A stretch of 64,000 nucleotides of DNA. Origin: Amphiscolops sp. MND2022. Lineage: Eukaryota. A program made the position numbers and the translations under genes. Positions 22,562-34,095 of the stretch are shown here, piece after piece (position 1 is the stretch's first letter; each line of letters begins with the position of its first letter). Under the pieces are notes generated by a model. That model was not told the DNA's origin, ran no database searches, and saw only the letters and a program-made list of their open reading frames with translations. The DNA lies in the NCBI GenBank assembly GCA_964187785.1, contig OZ076409.1, positions 64,792,001 to 64,856,000 of the forward strand. Direction: 5' to 3'.

Positions 22562-23877
22562 TCGTGATAGGAGCCAACGACCACCAACATCCGATCACTG
22601 AATTCCCCACAAGACAAATTCAATCCCAGCTAGGCTTGCAGAGGCCAGCACCAGCCCATGACACAACGATGGATACAACTCTACCGGTAGCACAGACCGT
22701 CCCGGTTGAACAACTACAGGATCCTATCAATCGACTAGTAGACGTACCAGTGAACCTAGAAAGCAAACCACAGTCGATGACAATCAGACCAGTCACGACA
22801 ACTTCTATGACTTTCGATGGCAAAACCAACAAATGGGAACTATTCGAAGATCTCCTCCATACCATGGAATCAATGCAGCCTGCCATGACAGAACAGATGG
22901 AAAGCAACCATTTTCATTCACCATTACAGAAAAACGCCCTACAGACCTTTCGAAATCTAAAATTGATAATTTGCCAATTATTGGAAGACGTATTTGTCAG
23001 ATAATGCCGAAATTATGTTAAACGCGATTCTCAAGTCACTGCAAAACACAAGGGGCATAGACTCATTTTTGACCCCAACATCATGAAGTTACCAGAAATC
23101 TTGAAAGCTTTCAAGTAAGGCTCCTAGAAGATTTTTGGTGACAATGCCAAAAGCATGATCGACAGCTTGCTTCATGCCAAATTTAATTTGGAACTCAAAA
23201 AAATTGCAAACTTTGCCAGGTTGGAAAACGGGACTTATGAGGAAATCGTTGCCTATTTCAAGAGAAAATTAGAACTCACAGCTTTGGAGGAATCAGATGA
23301 ATTACCAATTGCCGCAATGGCTTCAACATCCGGCTCGAAACCTGCTGTCTAACGACATTGATACAAAAAAACGCCCAATGCTCATACTGCAAAGCTGAGG
23401 ACCACTACTGGAGAAACTGCCCGAAACTTAAAACGAAACCAGATACGGACGCTAAAAGTGGCAAAAAGCCACAACACCCCACGTACCCAGAATACCCAAC
23501 TTGCAGCAAAACCAACCACCCAGCAGAAGAGTGTTGGCGCCCAGTAGGTGCGCGACACCGCCCTAAACGAAATAGACAAGATGCCAAAACCACTTCGGTC
23601 TGCGACGATGAAGAAAATACCCCCATCGCTCACAAAACCACATCAAATTGGAAAAATTTTATCCAATAAACTATAATTTTGCCACGACTCCATTTTTGTG
23701 ACCGAATGTCAATACGACAAAATGTCATATCTGACCCTGCTAACTTCTACCAACAATCTCATAGCGACATCAACGGAACATCATCAGTTGTCTGGCGGTA
23801 ACAGATGGAAGAAGCTTTTATTAAAACCTACAAATTGGTCCATGATGACCGAGCTAACATATTTACGCACTCGACTA

Positions 23878-25204
23878 CATTACAGTGCATCTGCAAGGTA
23901 AATCGCCACAGACACTTTTCTGTGCGTGTATGTCCTCCGATTAAGTAGACATGTCTTAAAGCGTGTAAAATTGGCAATTTAGCACTGATTTTGCGGAATC
24001 CACGCCACGAAAATCGGCGTTTTTCGGAATCCGAGGGCATGGGTTAATACGTTAGCCGGTTTCAAATTGCGGAAACTGGGACCAAAAATATGCCGACAAA
24101 TGCCGATACGATGCCGCCAAATTCGTGTCTTGGATTCCACAAAGTGCATTACAACCAATCAGATGCCTGCAAATTTTAGCGTCTTAGTTTCCACTTACAT
24201 TTTAATTAGCTGAAATCAAATTTAATAAACCAGAGAGTAAATACAAAGTCAATTACCACAAACAAGTTACAATCAATGTCTCCCTTTCCGTAAAACTGTC
24301 GGCTTCTCTTCCTTTCATCTATACTATTCTATACTACTATATTATGGTACTACAATTATACCAACTGTAATTGAATTTGAAAAACTGAAATTTGAAAATG
24401 AATTTGAAAAAACGAAAAAGGAATTTTTCTTTCAACACTTTACTATAGTGGAACGTGCCCGTATTGAATCATCATAATTCAATTACTTTGTAGAGTTGAA
24501 CTTCGGAATAGAGTACTTTCAGAATAACGTAAATCTCGTAGTTACGTAATCGTTTGTCGTGACCTGTCAAAAATAGTATTATATCAACGTGATAATTATT
24601 CAAGGCAGCATAAGGGACTGCTTAAAATCGCATACCGAGCCCGTATTTTTGAGAATGCGCATTAAAGCGCATAATCGAGCGAATATACTGCTCTATTTGA
24701 CGCAGCGAAAGCATTTAGTTTAATAGCAAATAGATATCGTTCAAAAAAGAAGACCGTTGGCCAAATAGGATGCGCGCTAGCTTTCCGATCGTGAGATCGT
24801 GGGTTCAGATCCCGCTAACGGCAATTATTTAGAAATGAGAGACTGATTTTTATCTAGCAATTTTCATCTGATTTCAAGAGATAAAATGCGGAAACACATT
24901 ATAATTGTTCCGGAATGTAGGTGTACGAATTACTCTACTGAATAAAACTCTGGAATCTGAGACACGTTGCACTATTTGCTTTCTACATAATTGGCTCGTT
25001 TGAGGCCTGGCATAAGTGGCAATTAATTGGCCTCATTAACTTGCCAAGACACACAAATGCGGAAAGTAAGGTTTCAACATCAAAGGAAGCTGAGGCAGTC
25101 GACATCAAAGAGGAATGAATTCAGTGCACGTGTCTCGGTTTCCGAGATTTCGTGTCCTGATTTCCGCAAAACGCTCAGAAAAAGCTTGCAGATGCACTTT
25201 AATG
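23878..25204. mobile_element. Non-autonomous TIR element with TA TSD (Tc1/mariner-like ends) inserted in Gypsy-1
   Basis: TA|CATTACAGTGCATCTGCAAG ... CTTGCAGATGCACTTTAATG|TA (20-bp TIR, 1 mismatch). There is an inner imperfect inverted pair TTTTGCGGAA/TTCCGCAAAA. Confidence 0.8.
24753..24823 (+). other. tRNA-like sequence inside the TA-TSD element
   Basis: CCGTTGGC...GCTAACGG acceptor-like stem, A-box-like TGGCCAAATAGG and T-arm GGGTTCAGATCCC. Confidence 0.5.
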
Positions 25205-28200
25205 TATACTCAAGGCTTTGTTATCGAATTCCGACCACTGCAAGTAGTGCAAGGTTATAACCCTCATTATATCGATCCCGGATAAGGTATCGATCCGTAT
25301 TGGGACAACTCCCTTTCTGACAAATGAAAACTACAATTACAATGTGAAGATTACCCACCGGGAGGCGATGAAGAAGACGCTGAAACCCAGACAGTAAATT
25401 ATCGAGGTCACTGATCGAATTGTGGCAGCCGAATTCGGAAAGTAATAACCTGGAGGAAATAGAGAATCAACCCTTCGAAACCGAATCAAAGACCAAACGG
25501 CCTAATTGACGAAACCGCCTTTTTGCATCCCCTCGTGACTAAAGAAGGAGAACCGCCATATGTAAACCTCTCTAAAAACCTTGGACTTAAGTACACAAGA
25601 CGGATCCTTCATTTCCCAATGGGATTCGGAGAATTAACCATGGACGGCCTAATCGACACTGAGGCCCCATCCGTTGCAATCCAGAACCACACCTCTAAAA
25701 AAGTTGCTTTTTGGCGCCCCAATAAATAGTTAAAGAGGGACCAGCTCCAACTTTCCAAATCATGATCGCAAATGGACACATGGAAACCTCAAAAAGCACC
25801 GTTGAACTAAAGTTCAAAGTGGGTGACATCGAGTTCCATGAACTATTCATTGTCATGGAAAAATTGTCCAGTCCAAAAGAATCACACAGTCCTGGACTTG
25901 CGCCAAAGTATCCTTAACTTCCCCTCTTTCTCTATGCAACTCAAAACGGCCGACCATAAATACTTCAATATGTTATCGAACCAACACTTAATCCAGACGA
26001 CCAAATGGCCGAATGCTAGTTACAGTTAAATAACAAATATACCCTGATAGCCTTGTGAACTTTTGCACGAAGAAGGAGACATCACTTTCTGCGCTGCAAT
26101 TGTCACCTTGTTGGATGAGATAGTAAGGTTTTACGACAACAACTTCACTGGTCAGCCATATGAACTCAAAAATGGACTACATACAGCAAATTTTTCGGTT
26201 TTAACAGCACAGCAGATGAAACACGTTAAACCCCTAGACCCAGTATCTTCTTGCCATTTGCTGAACGAAAGTGAAAAAATGCGACCTGCAACGTCACCAG
26301 TCTCCTCAAAGCAAACAGATATAGTGACCACAATTTTGGTTTCCAACAACCGAGATCCCAAGGGACAAAGCGTCTCACACACCTATTCAAAGACGGATTT
26401 TGCAAGATTTAGGCAATTAACAAGATTCAGAAAATTCCATCCACAGGACAACGAGGAATCTAGACAAAATTTCCTTGGCGATTTTGACTGGAAGGACTCA
26501 ATGCTACAACTCATGAAGTTAAGAGGATTGAATCGCTACTAGTAGAATTTAATGACATTTTCGCCTGACACGGTTTTGACATAGGGATGATGAGGAATTC
26601 ACGGTCAAACTGACCCCGATAAAACTAAGCCTAAATACTCCAGTCAAAAGAAAGGAAGATATACTAGCAGAATTGGCACTACTCTACAAGTATGGAAAAA
26701 TCACAACACTGCCATTTACAAAATATGCAAGCCCGATCTTTGCGCAGAAAAAAACCCAATGGCAAACTAAGACTACTGGTTGACTTGAGAAAAATCAAAA
26801 ATCTCATCTCAGATGATTACATTAACAACAATCATACAGTAAGCTCCTTCACAGACGCGGCGCAACACAAGGCCGACAAAAAACTTTTCCGCAAACTCGA
26901 TTGCTCGCAGGCCTACTTTTGTCTCCAGATGGCAGACTAATGATCCATTGAGATGCTGCGTTCATTCGCAAGCAGAACGTTCGCCTACAGAAGATTTGCC
27001 CAAGGACTCAGTAGAGCCTTTTCGGCCTTCTCAAGCTTCATGCGCGAATATCTGGTCAAAGTTATCAAAGCAGATCAATTCGCGCAACACTTGGACGACA
27101 TAGACATAGCTGCCAACGAGGCCAAGCACCTGATTAAAAACCTGAGAGCAACATTTGAGTGCATTAGAAAAACCGGACTGAAATTGACAATGCACGAAAG
27201 CTATTTCGGGGCGACTCAAACCACAAAAACGGGTAACTACTTTCCTGAAAAAACGAACTTTCAAAATCTTTTTAAAAACCCCTGCCAAGATATCTTGGGT
27301 TCCTGAATTACTACAGGTACTATATCCCAAGATGTTCCGAAAACCAAACTCCAAGTATTCAACTCCTTCAAATGGACGAAAAAAGTCTTAAAGACCACAG
27401 GCCTAATACAACAGTTCAATGAAGTCAAAAAAACTTGAATAAATGCTGTCACTTGGCCTTAAAACAACCTAGTCCTAATGACACGCAACTTTTGCGGCAG
27501 CAGGAGACGTGATCTTCACCGAGGATGACTCAAAACAAAACTTAACTTCTGTCAAAAAATCATATGCTCCGATAGCATATGGATCAAAAACCTTTACTCC
27601 ATTGCAACTCAAGATGTCCATATATGCCAAAAAATTCTTAGCTTGTTTGCAGTCAATTAAGTTGGACACAAATTCCGGGGAACGCTTAAGCCGATCACTA
27701 TCCTGACGGACAATAAATCGGTTACCAGATTCTGGCAGACAAAAATAGTTCCTCCAGCACTCTTGAACTCATGTGACAGATTTTCAGGAAATGGAAATTG
27801 TTCTCGCAATGAAAACTGAAACACTTTCATCGGTGGATTTGGTTTGGAATGGGACACAAGAGAAGGAGGTCGGACACTGTGTACTAACTCGGGTAGTTCT
27901 TCTTTCTCAGCTTCTTGTTCTTGGAGTGAGTGGCCTCCATGGAACTGGATTCTGACAATTCCTCCTCTGACGACATATCTAAACAGAAGAAAATGAAAGT
28001 TTGCGGGAAATTACCCAGAATTGAAGCTATACTGCCGCATTTACAATCTTGAGCGCCAAGGTTCTCCAACTAAAAAAGGACAAAAAGTACGTGGATGAGA
28101 AGGAGAGCATTGATCAAGCTCATTTTCGTTCAAAATTACAAGACCAGAGAGCTTGCCTGTGGCTGTTCGACAAATGAAGACTAATTGTAGAAGAAGAGAA

Positions 28201-29570
28201 AGTTGTTGTTTGCTGCAGTTGGACATCGGCCGTAATTTCGATAGCCATATATAAAATCCGGGACGTACATTCTGGTAAAAAAAGAAATAAAATTGTTCTC
28301 AGATGAAAAATGGGTGACGAATGGACTGGAAAACTGAAAATCTAACTACGAACTTAAATAGACAATGGTTAAAGTACGAACTGAAAAGTGTAACAAAGAA
28401 CAAGAATATAAGGTTTATGCGAATTGTGAAAAGCAGATTTTGGAGATCGTGGCTATCTGGATTTGCTGACAAATCATTAAACAATTGAGGAAGTTTATTA
28501 GGTGGATGGAACTGCCAGAGAAGTTCACACTATTCACATTTTACGAATTTATTAGCTTCTCTTGGTTTTATTATTTTACAGTTATTCATTTTTTCCCTTA
28601 TTTCGGTTTTTTTTACCTAATCCGCCATAGTGCAGATTCAAACGACATGCTGAATTCTCATTGACTGTTGAAGACGAGAGGACGTGCGTGTCCTTCAGCT
28701 TACCTAGCATCACTCCATTTTGTGCATGCATGGAATCGCTTTTTTTTCAAAACAAAGTTTCCAAAGCCAAAAAATCAACCTTTTGCTCTCCACATAGTAT
28801 TTCTAAAAATTGGGAATGCAAAACTTGTTTGAATCGCAATTCATCCTAAAGTTTGGGTTTCAGTTCAGTTGTGGTGTCACTGCAGAAATGCTTGAACAAC
28901 TCACTGGTTCACAAGGGAATTTTTGATGTGGATGTTGTTTTTGTTTCATAATCGGCGCTTCATGAAGTGAAACGCAACTATAACAGCTACTTTGTTTTTC
29001 AATCCACACGAACTGACCAAGATAGTTCTGCAAAACTTTAAACGGCCAAATTGTACCATTTAGCACAAGGAAGTGAACTATATACGTTTTTCTTTTCCTT
29101 TTTAGCGTAACATGCAATTCCGGACGAGACTACAGGGTCCTCCTCTTCAGGTTTTTGGCATTATGAGACTTTACTAAATTTTACCCCATTCAATTTTTTA
29201 AATATTTTGCAACAGAATTGATGTTAAAATACTCCAAGGGTTCACCTTTTAGCACGCCAGTTCGGTCCCGTTTGGGTTTTCCGGGTACTATGGAAGATAA
29301 TACTTGACGCTTTGAAGTCCTTTTGCTATTTTTGAGCCTTTAAAAGAGGCGCCGACTTTTGCCGTTCCCGACGTTTTTTTTCTTTTGTCAGACTTTTTAT
29401 TACAAGAAGAAAAGCCGGATGTGATGGAAAAACGTTAGGAACAAAAACTGTTGAAGTTTTGAAGAAATCACCGATTTGACATTAATATGTCATTCATTCA
29501 ACGTATCGAACATTTATCAAAGTTGTTGATTTCCAGGTTACAAACATTCGCAGAAATATTTTTGGGCCTC

Positions 29571-31027
29571 TGTCGCAGGCTCCGCCTGTGACAGTAATGT
29601 GTACGCGATGGACCATAGTAGGCCAATCGCCCTACCAGGAACGCTACAGTTATAACAAACTGAAACTCCCAAACTTTCATTGACATTTTGAAACTTTACA
29701 TGATTGTTCTCAATACATGTATATGCATTTAATTCAGTTACGGTCTATAAAAATTGACAGCAAGCTATACTGACAGGCAGAACGGAATGAGTTCAAATGT
29801 CTACCTGCTCAGTATAGATAGTATAGCTGTCCACAGCGCATTAGGCAATCACAGTTTAGCACTTGGTTATTGTTTAGCACATGTTTCATTGCAGCACTGA
29901 TAATTTATCAGAAAAGAACGAACGAGGACACTTTGCCTAGCTGGTTTTATTTGTTAAACTAATACTGTTGTTGATGCTTGCATCTTAGAATGTGTGCCGT
30001 TTAATGAACCCTTTCATTGACAGGACGCTGATGGGAACTCTAAATTTGCTATCAACGACGTTTCCTCAGCATTGATTTCTTTGGGGCTGACATGGCAGGG
30101 TGATTAGACGGCTTTCAGTGCACATGAAATGTTGACGTAAAATTGATGCAGAATTAGCCGTATTAGGCCGCACTTCACTGCACTTCTCCGCTCCCATTTT
30201 CCTAGCCGCGACGGACTTTGACTTCGCCGCCTCAATATACAAATGCGATACTTTTAGATGAAGTCTGTTTGTAGTAACGTGATTGCGATAATTCTGAGTG
30301 CCATGCCCACTTGGGTATAATAAAACGAACCAGGCGTTTGACTACACAATTTTCTTTGGAACGATATGATACAAGTTGCTTTGTTAGCGTTCATTTAACA
30401 ATCAGAATTGATAACCGTTTTACAAGAACATCTTAGATATTTCTTCCTGAACGAATATTCATGCCATCTACAATGAATCGAAAGGCTAATTCTAGAAGGT
30501 CGAGAGAGATGGACATTTTGTCCGAATACGGGAACATGGACGTAATGTTATCTGAAGGTAATTCAAACTCCATAAAAATGGAACTTGATAGCATCATAAA
30601 TTGTCCTGACGGACAACCTGATTTCCAGTCCTTACCTAACAGGGAGAACTCAACTCAAGAAAATGAGATCAAAGATATTGATAATAGAAATGGATCAGTT
30701 AGGCAAGAAGGACTGTCTGAGTCTTTTAATGTTTTGTCTGGTGAGATGAATGCTATGCTAAACTATCTCGGGAAATGGACTCAATGATGGACTTGATGCA
30801 ATATCAGATTTACAGGGCATTTATATCTGCCATAAACGATATAGATGTACCTGAAACACAAAATACAATGGGAAATTTGCCTTCGAATCGAAATGGCCCG
30901 GAGCCGGGTAGGACCCTAACTGAGAATGGCATTGGTAACGCTTGGAAAAATACAAACACAAAGTTTACAAAGAAGGACTCAAGTTCAGCCTGTGGTCTTA
31001 GAGAAGATACCGACTTTGCTTCTTACA
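29571..31027 (+). repeat. 3' LTR of Gypsy-1 (chimeric)
   Basis: Same start and end as the 5' LTR, followed by the TSD GTCTC (31028-31032). Confidence 0.7.
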
Positions 31028-33169
31028 GTCTCAATGATGATTATCAATTTCGTCCCATCAGAATGGAACTGACACGGCTTCTGATACGTTACTCAACAGA
31101 TAAAGCATGTATTTGGCAACGGAACGGAAACAGTTGAATTTTGCAGACGAATTTGGCATTTTTTACGAGAATAAAGTTCGAAGAAAGCCAAATCAGCATG
31201 TCTCAAGTTGGCAAGCTTGATGAAACTTTACTCTTCTAACTTCTTTCCGGGTTCACTTCCGATCGAAATTAAACTGCAATCAGAGAATAGAAAAATCTCC
31301 TCGAATACTCGCTCTTGTTCTTAGTAGATTCCCACGGTGATTATATTTTGTATAGAGCTAATCAGAAACCTCGTAGAAAGCCACGAAGTGATGGAGAGCA
31401 AAACTGTTGTGTATTGCAACTAAATTGGGTAATTTCAACGACCTGTTACAAGGTACTTATCTGATTGGTAACTAAATATAAAAAGTTCCAATTTCAGGTT
31501 CTGCCAAAAATTAATTCATAGAACTCTTCAGGTCACCAATAACCCTCGCCGACAATTATAACAACGCATTGCTTTGTTATGATTTTTTTTGGAAAATGTT
31601 GAAAGTTTGTTTCTGTTTTTCTTTGTTCCTTTAAGGGTGGGGAATTACTAATGCGTATTTGAGGTACAAAATAGCATAGCAGTACCTGTTTTGCAAGAAA
31701 AGTATGTTTTAGCCGTTGACGCCAAAAAATGAAGTGTCGGAAAATCAATTCAGTCCTACTAATACTGTCATGAAAATAATGCTCTATGGCTTCGCCGTGT
31801 TTTCACATGCAAGTATGAGTTTGAGCAAGTAGCTTAAAGACAAAAACCATAAATGTTTCTGTCTCCCCATGCTTGTAAAGCCAAAAAAAGTTACGTCCGT
31901 AAACGATCCCCACAGAGATAATTTCAACCTGAGCAATCCAAATGTTGCCGAAACAATCCACAAATCCTTTTCAAAAACCGACGAAAAGCAAATATAATAC
32001 TTGCATTTAGTTAAAATTACTGTAGAAAAAAAACACTTTTCGACTTTTTTCAGTTTTCCACTTCGAAATGAAAAGTAAGCCAACTTGCCACGACAACATT
32101 TTAAAAATAACTGAATATATTGCGTACCTGAAGGTACTGATTTAGTATTTCAAAAATGTTTTGCTGTAGCAAACTTCAATCATTGAAAAATCATTGAAGT
32201 TCTATCGCTTTTTCCAAGCAAAAAAGCGAACAAAATCCACTCATTCTTGACCAACATGTTACTCGAAACCTTTCTCTGATATTTTTTGTTATTTCTAAGA
32301 AACAGAGTTATTCCTATATTTTCTCAGAATTTGCTTTTAAATTGAATTTGTCAAAGGATCCGATAGTTCTTCAAAACTAGAGAGCAACTGACTACGAAAG
32401 CGTTAACAAGTTTTTGATGCGAAACCTTCCAGCAATTTATTGCCTACCCTAGTTGAAACTGCTTGAAACTTTTACATGATTTTATAGGCTACCTAGCACT
32501 TTTAGCATGATTTTTAGAGTTTCATAGAAAATCATTAATGCTAAATATTTCCCTGATGCAATGCTATTTCTTCAAGTATTTATTAGGATTTCTATACAAT
32601 TTGGCGGGTTTTCAGAGCAACATCAAGGAAGTTCAAGAAAAATTCCCCGCGAAATTTTCCATGTTTTTGCGGGCAAAGCCTCAAACTTTGCGAGTGCTGA
32701 AGCTACAATATGATGTAAACAAAAATTTTGCGTGTGCCAGTGTGGCAAACAAATTCGTATTACTGGAATTTTTTTCGATGGAAAATTTTTTTTTGCTTGG
32801 AAACTGTTTCAAACGGTAATTATTATATCTTCCTGAGTTGGGCAAATTGAAAACTTGTTAATTGTGAAGTTCTTTGAGGTTTTTTGGGGAACTACTTTGA
32901 GAGCGGAGTATTAGAATCAGCTGTTTTAATTGGGTGGAATTTTTCATCGCGGTGAATCGGAAAAAAACTTAGAAACTAAAAAAAACAAAATCTCAAAACT
33001 TTCTATCGGTATTTTCGTCGGTTTTGTGCGGTAAAAAGAAAAAAAATCGCCTACTTTTTGAAAAAAATCACAAAAAAATTTGGAAACCAAAAATTCTAAT
33101 CCGGAAACTTCAGTCAAAATTACGGCAATACTGAGTTCAGTTCTGATAGCGTAGGGGCGCGAATAACGT

Positions 33170-34095
33170 TTAATAACGCCTAAATTCTACTGTATCCATC
33201 ATTTTAAATTGTAATTCCAGTGTTTAGACGTCTCTTCAGCATTTTTGGTCACGTTTTCAGTGTTTGGACATTTTTCCTCGATTTTAGTCCTTATTCTGAT
33301 AAAATCGTATTAGTTGTAGAAAAACGCCTAAAGCACTTAATTTCGGTAAAATAAGGACTAAATTTTACTGTATTCATCATTTTTAGTCGTAATTCTGGTG
33401 TTTAGACGTTTCTTCAGCATTTTTAGTCGCTACTTCAGTGTTTGGACCCTTTTTCCTCACTTTTAGTCCTTATTCCGGTAACATCATTTAAGTGGTGGAA
33501 TAACGCCTAAAATCAATTCATTTCCGTAAAATAAGGATTAAATTTTACTGTGTTCATCTTTTTAGTCGTAATTCCAGTGTTTAGACGTCTCTTCAGCATT
33601 TTTGGTCGTATTTCAGTGTTTGGACCTTTTTTCCTCGATTTTAGTCCTTTTTCCGGTAAAATCATATTAGTTGTGGAATAACGCCTAAAACACTTCAATT
33701 CGGTAAAATAAGGACTAAATTTTACTGTATTCATCTTTTTTAGTCGTAATTCCAGTGTTTTGACGTCCCTTCAGCTTTTTTAGTCGTTATTTCAGTGTTT
33801 GGATCTTTTATTTTCAATTTTTGTCCTTATTCCGGTAACATCATTTAAGTGGTGGAATAACGCCTAAAATCACTTCATTTTGGTAAAATAAGGCCTAAGT
33901 TTCACTGTATTCATCAATTTTAGTTGTTATTCTAGTGTTTAGACGTATCTTCAGCTTTTTTAGTCGTTATTCCAGTGTTTGGATCTTTTATCTCCAACTT
34001 TAGTCCTGATTCCGGTAACATCAATTTAGTGGTGGAATAACGCCTATAATCACTTCATTTTGGTATATTAAGGCCTAAATTTTACTTTACTGATC
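33170..34095. repeat. ~179-bp tandem repeat, ~5 copies
   Basis: GTGTTT(A/T)GACGT recurs at ~33220, 33398, 33577, 33756 and 33935 with a conserved surrounding unit. Confidence 0.9.

Larger units (their letters stand above)
21097..31027 (+). mobile_element. Ty3/Gypsy LTR retrotransposon 1 (decayed; integrase deleted)
   Basis: LTRs at 21097-22561 and 29571-31027 (TGT...TTACA), TSD GCCTC/GTCTC, and degenerate PBS TCGTGATAGGAG at 22562. Gag has FDGKTNKWELFEDL and the CCHC CSYCKAEDHYWRNC. The protease motif is GLIDTEA (~25645). RT motifs are KPNGKLRLLVDLR, KLDCSQAY, AQGL and HLDD. RNase H extends to ~27780. Confidence 0.85.
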
